Below, piece after piece: positions 44,836 through 58,836 of a stretch of 64,000 bases of DNA. The notes beneath the pieces are model-generated. The model was not told the DNA's origin and did not search any database. It saw nothing but the letters and a program-made list of their open reading frames with translations. The DNA lies in contig NC_043018.1 in the NCBI RefSeq assembly GCF_006345805.1, positions 17,360,001 through 17,424,000 of the forward strand, given 5' to 3'. Each line of letters opens with the position of its first letter. Within the stretch, counting starts at the first letter, position 1. The stretch comes from Octopus sinensis. Lineage: Eukaryota. A program made the position numbers and the translations under genes.

Positions 44836-45152
44836 TCTTATATAAACGCCGTTGCCGCAGTTCGGCTCTATTCCACAGACGAGATCTCTGGAGTAAGTCT
44901 TAAGTTATTGTTAAAACACTTAATTTAAATTTTCTCCAACATTTTAAAGAGAGTGCAATAAACTCCACAAGATTCTATACACTTTACAATCAAAAGTATT
45001 AGGTTTAAGAAATACAATCCGTAATTCTTCTTGTGATACAAAAGTAGGTTTGTATCGTTTCGATAAACAATGTAATAAAATTGTTTTCAATTACAATAAA
45101 GTGCGTCAGTGCCTGTAACAATATACATAGATTTTGTAACAATATACAAAGT

Positions 45153-45503
45153 GGAGGCGCAATGGCCCAGTGGTTAGGGCAGCGGACTCGCGGTCATAGG
45201 ATCGCAGTTTTTGAGCGAAAACACCTAAAGCTCCATGAGGCTCCGGCAGAGGATGGTGGTGATCCCTGCTGTACTCTTTCACCACAACTTTCTCTCACTC
45301 TTACTTCCTGTTTCTGTTGTACCTGTATCTCAAAGGGCCGGCCTTGTCACTCTCTGTGTCACGCTGAATATCCCCGAGAACTACGTTAAGGGTACACGTG
45401 TCTGTGGAGTGCTCAGCCACTTACACGTTAATTTCACGAGCAGGCTGTTCCGTTGATTCGGATCAACCGGAGCCCTCGTCGTCGTAACCGACGGGGTGCT
45501 TCC
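45153..45503 (+). mobile_element. SINE family A with a short internal deletion
   Basis: Same head and body; lacks about 28 bp after the B box. Confidence 0.9.
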
Positions 45504-46094
45504 ATACATAGATTTTAGTTTTGTGGAAGGAACTGGTAATATCATATATTAGCAGAAACCATAATTCTACTGAACTTCTATATACATTTTTAAGATTTCA
45601 AGAAGTTTATAATGATGCTTGGTGAACTTACCAACATATAATATAGATCACTAGATCAAGCCTGGGCATCACCTGAGCAAGGGTTTTCTACCATATCATT
45701 TTAGACAATGCATTTGAGTGGAAGTAGAAGCACAAGCTCCTTTCAACCAAAATTGCTAGCCTAGTGCAAACATTTGAAATGATTAGTCGATAAACAAAGT
45801 CCTAAGGTACCACGTGTAAGATTCTTAGCTGTATTTATATTTACAAAATCAAATTTACTATTCACCTTTGTATGGTGACCCTAATCCTATCCCTAACCCT
45901 AACCCGTGAAGTACTTTGGCTCACGTAATTGACTGTCACATTCCCCTCGACATTGCTAGTCTTGTGGCAAATTAGAAAAAAATTATTTTTAATATATATC
46001 ATAGATACACAAGATGCTACAATGCATACACGCGCAAGGGAGTTTACAATCATATTTATATATATGTATGTTTATATGTGTATATATTATATAT

Positions 46095-46136
<42 letters not shown>

Positions 46137-46143
46137 ATATATA

Positions 46144-46520
46144 TATAAGATATCGTGTGCATTAAAACACATTAAGAGGCTTCCAAATTTGTTCGAGGTT
46201 TAGCCTGCATCTGTGCAGTGGATTTGAAAAGTTAGAATATACAAACAATGAGTTTAGATACGGAATCGATCTCGCTGTGCGTATATTTAAAATCTAAAGG
46301 CTACCTACTGATGCAGACTGGCCTCAGTAAAACTTTTTTACTGAAATAAGTCAGAAACCATGGTCTAGGAACTAAATTAGATGGTAAATGTTTTTAATTT
46401 CCATTCCCTTCGAGAATATATCCCTAATTAGTGGTTTGAATTTTTAACTGTTCTTTCTAGCGGAAGGCTTTTCTATGATGGAAGCCTCTTAATGTGTTTT
46501 AATGTACACGATATCTTATA
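46144..46520. mobile_element. MITE with 42 bp TIRs
   Basis: TATAAGATATCGTGTGCATTAAAACACATTAAGAGGCTTCCA (46144-46185) and its reverse complement (46479-46520), one mismatch; TA context. Confidence 0.85.
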
Positions 46521-46528
46521 TAAATAAT

Positions 46529-46762
46529 TAAGGCCGCGAGCTGGCAGAATCGTTAGCACGCCGGCCGGAATGCCTAGCGGTATTTCGGCTGCTGTTACGT
46601 TCTGAGTTCAAATTCTGCCGAGGTCGACTTTGCCATTCATCCTTTCGGGGTCGATAATTTAAGTACCAGTTACACACTGGGGTCGATATAATCGACTTAA
46701 TCCGTTTGTCTGTCCTTGTTTGTCCCCTCTGTGTTTAGCCCCTTGTGGGTAGTAAAGAAACA
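46529..46762 (+). mobile_element. SINE family E with 19 bp TSD
   Basis: TSD GATATCTTATATAAATAAT at 46510-46528 and 46763-46781; B box GAGTTCAAATTC. Confidence 0.88.
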
Positions 46763-46934
46763 GATATCTTATATAAATAATATATAGTCTATTAACTAAA
46801 GTTTTTTGCGCTAGGCCACTGGTAATAAAAATTTCTATTATTCTTATTTCCCTAATATTATATATATATATATACATCTGTATATATAGTTGTATATATA
46901 TACATATACATTTGTGCCGATGTATACATATTAT

Positions 46935-46966
<32 letters not shown>

Positions 46967-46969
46967 CAT

Positions 46970-47023
<54 letters not shown>

Positions 47024-47392
47024 GTATGTTTGTATATATGTGAGATAATACTTTACTTTAATAGTTTCAGTATGAAGGTGAAACTATAAAAGTGAAAGTA
47101 ACTGACATTACAATAGAGAGATGTTATTGTTTCACTTTTGACACGGAGTAATGGAATAGTTGAGAATATATGATATTGCTGTGGGCTCGCACTAGGCAGG
47201 AAGTTAAAACAAATTTTGGCCTATGACACTACACGTACACTAAGTAAGGCATGTGTAAAATTTGAATGAAACTGGTTGTGTAGTTCTGAAGATTTAGGGA
47301 TTCACACAGATACACAAACTGGCAGTCAGACACACATTCTTATCTTTATACATATAAATATATATACATACATATATATATATATACATATA

Positions 47393-48424
47393 TATATAAG
47401 AAAATAGTAAAGTGTGAAAAAACGACAGAAGGCTTAAATGTTAAAAAATATATATATTTGTGTCAAAATGTCTGGAGAATATTGGAAAAATTTTTTTTCC
47501 TTTCCTTAAAATGACATAATTTTTAAAATTTTTAAAGAAATTACCGGTTTCGCGTGTAGCTTTTCAAATTTCTTGTGACGTTATGTTTATATTGCATGGA
47601 ATTATCGTTGTTTTTATTTCCAGGAGATTTCTAAATAAGGGGAGGTAGTGAGTGATTTTTTCCGGTGTAGGGGAGATAATCGCTTAAAATTTTTTTTTCC
47701 TTTTTCCTTGTTAATTTCTCTGTGTCAGTATGTTCGGATGGTTGAGTCTGGGTTTGTACTTTTCAATGAAGAATGTTTCCTTGTTCAGTCTCATTTGTGT
47801 TGATGATCCGAAAGCACATTGGTAAAATGGGAAGATTAAAAATTGTGGCAGTAGTTGCTTTGCGCATTTCTCAGGCGCAGATGCACACTGCATCGACAAC
47901 AGATTGCATTCCCAGAATATAGAATGATACCTTTTAGTGAGCACATTGAGAAATGCGCAAAGCAACTACTGCCACAATTTTTAATCTTCCCATTTTACCA
48001 ATGTGCTTTCGGATCATCAACACAAATGAGACTGAACAAGGAAACATTCTTCATTGAAAGTACAAACCCAGACTCAACCATCCGAACATACTGACACAGA
48101 GAAATTAACAAGGAAAAAGGAAAAAAAATTTTAAGCGATTATCTCCCCTACACCGGAAAAAATCACTCACTACCTCCCCTTATTTAGAAATCTCCTGGAA
48201 ATAAAAACAACGATAATTCCATGCAATATAAACATAACGTCACAAGAAATTTGAAAAGCTACACGCGAACCGGTAATTTCTTTAAAAATTTTTAAAATTA
48301 TGTCATTTTAAGGAAAGGAAAAAAAATTTTTCCAATATTCTCCAGACATTTTGACACAAATATATATATTTTTTAACATTTAAGCCTTCTGTCGTTTTTT
48401 CACACTTTACTATTTTCTTATATA
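47393..48424. mobile_element. ~1 kb fold-back element (arms ~480 bp, spacer 73 bp)
   Basis: 47393-47873 is the near-perfect reverse complement of 47947-48424. Confidence 0.9.
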
Positions 48425-48463
48425 TTCACCCACGTGCTTTACCAAACAAACTTTCTTATCTAC

Positions 48464-48523
<60 letters not shown>

Positions 48524-48529
<6 letters not shown>

Positions 48530-48801
48530 TATTAGAGAGTTATCCACTATGTGGATAACTCTAGTGCTAAAAATAGCTCCGAAGCAACCACAGAAGATCT
48601 GTTTCCAACTAGAATCAACATACATTTAACGTAAGGAAAGTGAAATACAACGAATAAAATAGATTTCACTTAAAATGTATTTCACTTTCCTTACGTTAAA
48701 TGTATGCTGATTCTAGTTGGAAACAGATCTTCTGTGGTTGCTTCGGAGCTATTTTTAGCACTAGAGTTATCCACATAGTGGATAACTCTCTAATAATTTA
48801 T
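48524..48801. mobile_element. palindromic element (126 bp arms, 26 bp spacer)
   Basis: 48524-48649 versus 48676-48801 with one mismatch seen; each arm carries a 12 bp stem hairpin AGAGTTATCCAC-N3-GTGGATAACTCT. Confidence 0.9.
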
Positions 48802-48896
48802 GTATAAATTTGTATTTTCTCCGTAGTTTTTTGTGCTAAGCCACTTGGTGTTAATTAATGGTATTATTAAATTAATATCGATTTTTCACCCTCATT

Positions 48897-49775
<879 letters not shown>

Positions 49776-50376
49776 ATGTATGTATGCATGCATACCCTCT
49801 CCTTTGCATTTATTAATACATAGATTGAATTGTAGTTAATTACTTTCAAACAGAGACAAATATATTACAATATCGTTTCCTGTTAAACGCACATTTCGCG
49901 AGTACAATATCACATAGTCGAAGACAATTGATAGTAATACAGCTTCCGAAGTAGCTACACTGTGATAAGAAATATAATTAACAAAATTTAGAGGAATCCG
50001 GGCGTTGACTAACGTAATTAACTCTGCGTTACACTAAATTCTTTGAAATGTAATTATTTTTGCTGTATGAGCACTGACAAATAACAAACAGTATTGCGCT
50101 CTAAAGAAAATTATTATCCAATAATAGCAGTTTTTGTTAAAAGTGCAGCTCTTTAGAAACGTGATTTTTGGAGAGAGTTTTCTTCAGGCAAGTTCCAATA
50201 ATAAAGAAATGGTAAATATTTGTTTCCTCTATTAACACTATAGATACCGGTCTAAGCAAATGAAATACATAAGGAAGCATAACGAAATATTTTATTATGA
50301 ATCCCATTTCACTGGCATGCATGCACGACATTGGGTATCATGATTAATGGAATCAGAACCCATTGATACTCTCGCT

Positions 50377-50617
50377 TAGTTCTTTACTCTTTTTTCTCTT
50401 TTACTTGTTTCAGTCATTTGACTCCGGCCATGCTGGAGCACCGCCTTTAGTCGAGCAAATCGACCCCGGGACTTGTTTTTTTGTAAGCCCAGTACTTATT
50501 CTATCGGTCTCTTTTTGCCGAACCGCTAAGTTACGGGGACGTAAACACACCAGCATCCGTTGTCAAGCGATGTTGGGGGGGGGACAAACACAGACACACA
50601 AACATATAAACACACAT

Positions 50618-50664
<47 letters not shown>

Positions 50665-50822
50665 TACGACAGGCTTCTTTCAGTTTCCGTCTACCAAATC
50701 CACTCACAAGGCATTCGTCGGCCCGGGGCTCTAGCAGAAGACACTTGCCCAAGATGCCACGCAGTGGGACTGAACCCGGAACCATGTGGTTGGTTAGCAA
50801 GCTACTTACCACACAGCCACTC
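50377..50822 (-). mobile_element. SINE family D
   Basis: Reverse complement of the 15221 type. Confidence 0.9.
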
Positions 50823-51699
50823 ATGCTGTTGATTTAATTCATAGAAATTATATCAGCTTACTTCAACAGAGCTGATAGCAACCGGCAATTATCTCTAATA
50901 TTTCGTCTCAATAATCAGTCTGTGTCATTATCAAATTCCGTGTAATCTAAATTTTAACTGCCAATTCAATTTTTATACAAGTAGAATTGTGTTTTTCCTT
51001 TTTTTTTTTTTTTTGGTTTGTGTTCAGTTTCCGATTTCTCACACCTGGGTTTCTCACTTTCGAAAAGATGCATTTCCATCAAATTGGATTGGAAGATTTT
51101 AATAAAATTCGCTCAAACTGTATCGGAAGGTTTGGATGAGGTTCTACACATAGAGAACCGTATTAAAATATAGCATTTTGTGATGAGGTCGTTTAAATTG
51201 GTTTATGCGAAATAAAAATGCATTGAATAAATAAATGCTATAAAATTATTATATGGCAGACAATTGTCATGAGACAATGTCGAAACTGATTCGGAAATAC
51301 TTGAACTAAATATTATACATACCGAAAAGACTCTTATAGAATCCATATCCATAAATTATGTTTTTTCGCTGTCATAAGTTTTTAATTCATTCGTTGGTAG
51401 AAATTAACTGACCAGTCGTCAAATATCATTGACATTGTACAGATTATCAATAGTGGTTACAATGTATCACGAATTTCATATTGCAAAGTGAGCGGTTTAC
51501 TTTTTGAACGTGGTTATTCTGTGGAGAATTGTTTTATTACTTTACACTATCAATGCAGGAAAGTGAAATCCCAAATTGGTTACTGCAAGTGAACGATGTT
51601 GTGTGAAATTAAATTCTCTGTTATTTATTCTGGTATCCTTGCGTCCGTGTACCACAATATTCTGTTCTGGAGGAAATATAAGATGAGAGAAAAGAACAC

Positions 51700-52128
51700 T
51701 ATACTCTTTTACTCTCTTTTACTCTTTTACTTGTTTCAGTCATTTGACTGCGGCCATGCTGGAGCACCACCTTTAGTCGAGTAAATCGACCCCGGGACTT
51801 ATTCTTTGTAAGCCCAGTACTTATTCTATCAGTCTCTTTTGCTGAACCGCTAAGTGACGGGAACGTAAGCACACCAGCATCGGTTGTCAAGCAATGCTAG
51901 GGGGACAAACAGAAACACACAAACACACACACAGACACATATATATATATATATACATATATACGACAGGCTTCTTTCAGTTTTCCCTCTACCAAATCCA
52001 CTCACAAGGCATTGGTCGGCCTGGGGCTATAGCAGAAGACACTTGCCCAAGATGCCACGCAGTGGGACTGAACCCGGAACCATGTGGTTGGTTAGCAAGC
52101 TACTTACCACACAGCCACCCCTGCGCCT
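51700..52128 (-). mobile_element. SINE family D
   Basis: Reverse complement of the 15221 type. Confidence 0.9.
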
Positions 52129-53016
52129 ATGCATGTAAAAGGAACAAATGCGGGGGGACATCGCATTTCACCTTCTATGGCTTTGTATCTTTACACCACG
52201 AATAACTAGAAAACGGCTAACGTCATAAATAACTACGCACATCATTAATAACTTAGACAATAACAATTGCTATACTTGGACTGATATCAGTAACGAAATC
52301 TTCGCCAAGATCAGTAGAAAAAGTGGCAACAAATAATATACGAGATGATAATCTAAAATGGCATGAGCAAAATTTAATAACGAATAACGAAAACTGTTTA
52401 ACTACGGCGATAAAAACACAACAAAAACTCTACCAAATTTAATAAGAGGAACACATCAATATTTGACTTCCGTTTTGCTAAAGCATTGTTTTAAAATGCT
52501 TGGTTAGCTGATTATTCACTTTCAGATACTTCAGTAATTAAATCTCGTGTATTGTATTATTACTTGGCTGGAAATACGTGAAGATATTAAATTCGAATCT
52601 TTTAATCAAAACAATGTTATTACATTAAAATCATCAATTATGCAATTACTAGTCATGTCGCTGTATTTTGCGAGTAATCGGTCAAGTTCATTTGCTATGA
52701 AATATAAGACCAGAATATTATATTGTCGAGGATAGAGTATCAAGTGAATGAATCTGAATTTGCAGTTTAATCCGGGTATAATAACGTACGAAAATAGAAA
52801 AAGAAATAAAATTCCATGTAGAACATAATAACTGGACGGATCAACGGAAAAAAAAGTTTTTATCTTCTTGACGTGCGTCTCGGGTAAATGAGCTTAGCAA
52901 CAGCCAACCTTGTGAATAGTTTTGATGTCGACAGGAAATTGAAGTTATAGTAACAAAGAGAGACAAGCGAACATAGAATTGAATCATTCCGGTAGAGACG
53001 AGTATTCTGCTCTTAC

Positions 53017-53080
53017 AACAAGACTTTTTGACAAATCAATATGCACTGACCCAGAGAGACCTGATGGTAGACCTAGTACG
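53017..53080 (-). CDS. candidate internal exon (VLGLPSGLSGSVHIDLSKSLV)
   Basis: Acceptor TATCTGTTGTCTGTGCAG, donor GTAAGA, one open frame. Product not recognised. Confidence 0.22.
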
Positions 53081-54796
53081 CTGCACAGACAACAGATAAT
53101 AACTACAGCGTCTTACAGTGAGTATTACATTACCCAAGTGTTTATGGATAGACTTTTTCAGCCGCGTAAAGCTACAGTTTTGTAAATCACTAATTATTTG
53201 TTCAGGTAAAAATCAAAATCATTTATCCCATATTAGCAACCCGTATAAAATATAACCATAATCAATGTGGAAACAGAATATATGTATAACTGGATGTATA
53301 AATCTTCATATTTGCAATAAATGTATATAAATACCCATTAAGGCCACTACATATGTACAAGGCAATATAGTTCTTTTGCATAAGATATCCTGAATATTAA
53401 AGGCACAAGGCCTGAAATTTGTGGGGTGGATTACGTCGATTCCAGGGAAAAACTAGTACTTATATCACCGACCCGAAAGAATGAAAGGCAAAGTCAATCT
53501 CGACGAATTTTGATCTCAAAACTTACGAAATGCTAACAATTCTTCTTACTCGCTGCCTTACTTTTGTATAAATCATACATACTCAAGTTTGATATAATGA
53601 TATGTGTACACATGATGATGTCTTAATTTAATAATGATGATTTCTTTATTAATCTGTACTCATAGTGACACAGATTTTTCGTGTAGTATGTAAATAATAT
53701 CTATGATTATATGTGTTACATGTGAAACACAGCCTAAAGCTTCGTTGAACCTTAGATTTGATGCTATATGGAATTCTATCGTTTCTAAGAGGATATTTCT
53801 AAAGTGTTCCACCCAACTCGTGAACCATAGCAAAATAATGCAGGTGTATTCTATTGATAATTGCATGAAGAAATTTTTCATTTTGCTTCAAGCAGAAAGC
53901 ACATGCGCTAAAATATATGAAAATTATTATCACACATCTATCCATGATCCAATATTCTTCCAGAAGTGTTGTATGATAGCCGTGGCTAGGGCAACTAGTC
54001 CTCTACATCTGAAATGCTCTCTTTCTAAGGTTACAATGTATGTAGAATAAATGGCCTCTGAATGTATTAATAACATTGTGAATGTCACTCGTGTTACTTT
54101 AACTTGCAATTCTAACTTCAACCGATGTTGGCGAAATGTATGAGAGTTAAAGGCGAGATCTTTATTCTGGAATACCGATCTCTCTTTCAATTAATCGGCA
54201 TTGAATAAGTATCTCATAAATCGGTTTGATCCCAAAGGGAAGATAAAGTTGCAATGAGAATTTCCATCGTTAGATCGGACTTTACGTCTTGACAAATGTT
54301 CTTTACCGGTAGCTTGTACAACAGCTGCTCATTTGAGCAAATGCTCTCCAAGCAAATACAATTCAGTGGGAGTACAAGGAAGGGAGACCAGAAACAAAGT
54401 CAATGCTTTTCACAAGGACAACACTAGCATTTTGTTTAGTTAAAAGGAATTGCTAGCGCAATGTGTATAATTTATCTTTGACATGTTCTAATCACACAAC
54501 TGCGGCCGGGGTATGATGCACTCTTGGAAGGCCTCATCGGACAAACCATGTCCAGAACTATTTTTCAGACTGGTTCTAGTTTACAGTGAAATAAACGAAC
54601 TCACAACGTTTGTCAAGAGATAGTGACAACGAACACAACCTGAACGATGACACACATACATACAACATACGAAGAAAATCATAGATGTAATAATCGTATG
54701 ATATATTTCTTAAAAAGATGCATGCGTATAATTTTTCAGGATTTTTTCAATTGCATTGAGCGAATGTCATTTCATAATGACGTACATTACCTTATC

Positions 54797-55183
54797 GTGG
54801 AGGTGCAATGGCCCAGTGGTTAGGGCAGCGGACTCGCGGTCATAGGATCGCGGTTTCGATTCCCAGACCGGGCGTTGTGAGTGTTTATTGAGCGAAAACA
54901 CCTAAAGCTCCACGAGGCTCCGGCAGGGATGGTGGTGATCCCTGCTGTACTCTTTCACCACAACTTTCTCTCACTCTTACTTCCTGTTTCTGTTGTACCT
55001 GTATTTCAAAGGGCAGGCCTTGTCACTCTCTGTGTCACGCTGAATATCCCCGAGAACTACGTTAAGGGTACACGTGTCTGTGGAGTACTCAGCCACTTAC
55101 ACGTTAATTTCACGAGCAGGCTGTTCCGTTGATTCGGATCAACCGGACCCTCGTCGTCGTAACCGACGGAGTGCTTCCCTAAA
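54797..55183 (+). mobile_element. SINE family A with 13 bp TSD
   Basis: TSD ACATTACCTTATC at 54784-54796 and 55184-55196. Confidence 0.92.
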
Positions 55184-57469
55184 ACATTACCTTATCCATT
55201 GATAGACGAATTGCGAGGCAAACCTCCCAGGAAAGAGTCTCAGGTGACCCGTTATCAGAGTGGAGAACTGTTACTAGTAAACGTTGAAGTTAGTCTGATT
55301 TTTATCGTTTGTATTTCTCCTTAGATCTCGTTTATATCCAGTATTGATGTTGTTTATACAAAACGTTCCATCGGTAATGTGATATGCACTGTCTTGGAAT
55401 AGATTAAAATGCCTTAATATTCAAATAAAAGTATCTTTATTGCAAAATTTCAAATTCAGTTTTACATTACGTTTCGTTTAATCATTGTCAAGAATCTTCT
55501 CATCTTACAATCCATGTTCTCCATGTTGTACATGGCATACATGTTGTTCAGTCCATGTTATCCATGTTTTAATCCATGATTTTCTCTCGTCAACAAAAGA
55601 ATTAAAAGAAGCGCATTTTACTAAAACCTTCAACTGCATAAGACAAACATGTATTACTACAGGCGGAATATTTGAATATGATTTTTGTTCAAACAAAACA
55701 TTACTTCAGACAAATCTTTAGAAATTCAGTTCTTTTTCTGTGCACAGGGGGTTGGTTTCCAATAAATATGGAAATAGATGTTTCCTTAAGTGCATTCGCT
55801 CTTTTTTCCCCGCTACTTGTACTTCTCCACATCGCCTTCTCTGAAAGTTTCTCGCGTTCATTTCTTTGTATTCTTAATAGGCCGCGGCCTTTCCTTTTGA
55901 ATATTCTTCTCTAATTATTAGCTTTCTTCCCTACACTGTACGCATTGGAATTTTGGTAGAAAATACAAAGACCTTTGTCGTTGCCATTCCACAAAACTTT
56001 GCAACCGCCTTATTAGCCCAAACTCAACATAAGACTTTTCGGTTGTGGATAATGAGAGGAATTATAAATCGTTTTGTTCTCCTTCCGTCAAACTAAATGA
56101 TAGAACACCCATCAAACTAACCCCTTTGAGAAAGTTATATTGAAGGCATCATCAATAATCCCAGATTTCAAGCGGATGTACTTTTAGAGCTGACAAAATT
56201 GTCAAGACATTTAGCTCAGTAAAATAGGTTACGATGTATTTCTGCCTTATCTTTTGTTTTAGTTTTAAATTCTATTTTGGAAAGCTTTAATTTTTCTATC
56301 AACAGAGGCAGACAAATGCAGTCTAACCTTTTACAATATTTAAATAGCTTGAAAGTTCCGCATGTTTGTAAATCACCATACCCAACTATAATTCATAAAT
56401 TGAACTCTGATAATTCATTTATTATACAAACTCTAGACTTTTTCATGATTAAACATTATTCTTTCTTTGATGTGACATTAATACGCTGTAACGTTGAGGT
56501 CATTTTTAATGTTTTATCATTTGAAATCTGAATTTCAATAGCTTTTCCTCTTAATACTGGATTCATTAGAATACATTACTTTGAATACATAATTTATTAG
56601 CGTTATTTTATTGCAGTAAATTAATTGTGTTGTCGTTCGATCAAATTGTTGCGCATCTTTTATTTGCACATTATAACGTACTTGCTACAGCTGTATATGT
56701 CTTACATTTATTTTACTTGTAATTAATGTATACAATGAGGGCCTCAACAAGAGCTTACACCACCAGAATGTCGTTTAAAATATTAAAAATACATAAAACT
56801 AGAAATCACCATAGCGACCATGAAGAAAATATGTAACTTGGCTTTCGTCATTATTAATGATTAGTCTTGTGTTCCTGTGGTAGAGACATGTTTCACTCCA
56901 GCTGTGCAGATAATAGTATTATGTTGATATTTAGAGTAGAATATCATACAATAAGCTCCCGAAGTTCCTGTTATATCTACAGAGATCAAAGTGTTTGCTT
57001 TCACAGCGTGGTTATTTCAAGTCCAGTATTGTCGTACGTTCGATATTTCATATGAGGTTCAGCAACTATTTTCTGTTTCACCAGTTGTTTATAAATTCCA
57101 ATTATTTTACATGAAGTAGCTTTGCAGTGGTTCACTATTTTTTTAAAGTAAGAAGCGGATTGAAATTTTTAAGATCTAAATTATACCTAAGATTTAAATT
57201 ATTAAGATCTGAAATTAGTAAGATCTAAAGGATCTGCTAAGGAGTTATATGAATAATCTGAAGTTTCCGTACTTTAATGCGGTTAAATGGCGAATGTTTA
57301 GGGTTGTTATTAAGATAGTATATAATTCCATTTATCAGTTTGATGTTGGAACTTAATCATAGAATTAAATATGATGAGAGCTATTCCTAGAACTACACAA
57401 TATGTTCTATAGATGAAAGGGCGAGATATTTCATATGATCTTTGAAAGGAGATTCTTCTTTCAACTTAC

Positions 57470-57527
57470 CATTAGATGCTAATAATTCTAATTTGATGAT
57501 GAACGGACTTTTACCGATTAGTAACGT
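57470..57527 (-). CDS. candidate internal exon (TLLIGKSPFIIKLELLASNG)
   Basis: Consensus donor ATG|GTAAGT, weak acceptor CCACAG, open frame. Product not recognised. Confidence 0.18.
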
Positions 57528-57808
57528 CTGTGGACCTTGACATATTTAGATCCATTCAATCCTTTCTCAGAGCTAATTTTTATTACTACATCAAGAGGCT
57601 GACTAATAGTATTAAAATGTCTTAGTTATATTCTCAGATCTTAAATTAGTTTTGTAGACTAATTTCTGTTTGGTTATTAATGGAAAACATTTGAAGGATA
57701 CCATATATTGTGTATTGTTGACTTCAAAATAGCTGCAGAGTGAGGGCATTTGATGCAAGCATGTCAGACGACGTGATTACATTGATTTACTTTTTACTTG
57801 TATTTTAT

Positions 57809-58191
57809 TGGAGGCGCAATGGCCCGGTGGTTAGTTGCAGCGGACTCGCGGTCGTAGGATCGCGGTTTCGATTCCCAGACCGGGCATTGTGAGTGTTTAT
57901 TGAGCGAAAACACCTAAAGCTCCACTAGGCTCCGGCAGGGATGGTGGTGATCCCTGCTGTACTCTTTCACCACAACTTTCTCTCACTCTTACTTCCTGTT
58001 TCTGTTGTACCTGTATTTCCAAGGGCCGGCCTTGTCACTCTCTGTGTCATGCTGAATATCCCCGAGAACTACGTTAAGGGTACACGTGTCTGTGGAGTGC
58101 TCAGCCACTTACACGTTAATTTCACGAGCAGGCTGTTCCGTTGATTCGGATCAACCGGAACCCTCATCATCGTAACCGACGGGGTGCTTCC
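57809..58191 (+). mobile_element. SINE family A with 13 bp TSD
   Basis: TSD ACTTGTATTTTAT at 57796-57808 and 58192-58204. Confidence 0.92.
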
Positions 58192-58343
58192 ACTTGTATT
58201 TTATATCAGTTTTCCAAAGTTTATTGGATGCAATACCTGCAATTACATTTTAATCCACTAAATAATCAGGATGATTATTATTGCCAACGTGGCCAGGTGA
58301 TGAATGGATAGATATTTCTCAAACATGTATCTAGTTTTCCTAA

Positions 58344-58403
<60 letters not shown>

Positions 58404-58622
58404 ATATATATATGATGATTTCTTTTGAATGAAACAGTTCTAGTCCTGTAGAAGCTCCTTCTATAAAATAAATTAATTTACTCTGCTATGTATTGAGTAC
58501 CTTATTTACTGTGGTTAACCCCGAATCAACCCGTGACCTACATATATATATATATATATATGAAGAGAGAGAGACAGAGAGACAGAGAGAGAAATACCGC
58601 AAAGGACTTCGCCCGGCGTGCT

Positions 58623-58836
58623 GCCGTTTCTTCCATCACACGTTGCTCCAGTTCACTCAGCTGGCAGAAAATGCGAAGTAACTGTATTTCAAAGAGCTGG
58701 CATTGTCTCACTTTGCGCCACGCCGAATCTCCCTGAGAAGTACGTTGAGGGTACACGTGTGCAGTCAGTTACACGTTAATTTCACGGGCAAGCTGTTCAG
58801 CTGGGACCCTCGTCGTCGTAACCGACGGATTGCTCC
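58623..58836 (+). mobile_element. 5'-truncated, decayed SINE family C
   Basis: CACGTTGCTCCAGTTCACTCAGCTGG followed by the shared 3' domain. Confidence 0.75.

Noticed and set aside
45879-45905. Interstitial telomeric repeat (also near 18490)
   Set aside because: Only 3-4 degenerate CCCTAA units; too short to interpret.
48760-48790. DnaA box TTATCCACA
   Set aside because: Eukaryotic context; it is a chance match inside the hairpin of the palindromic element.
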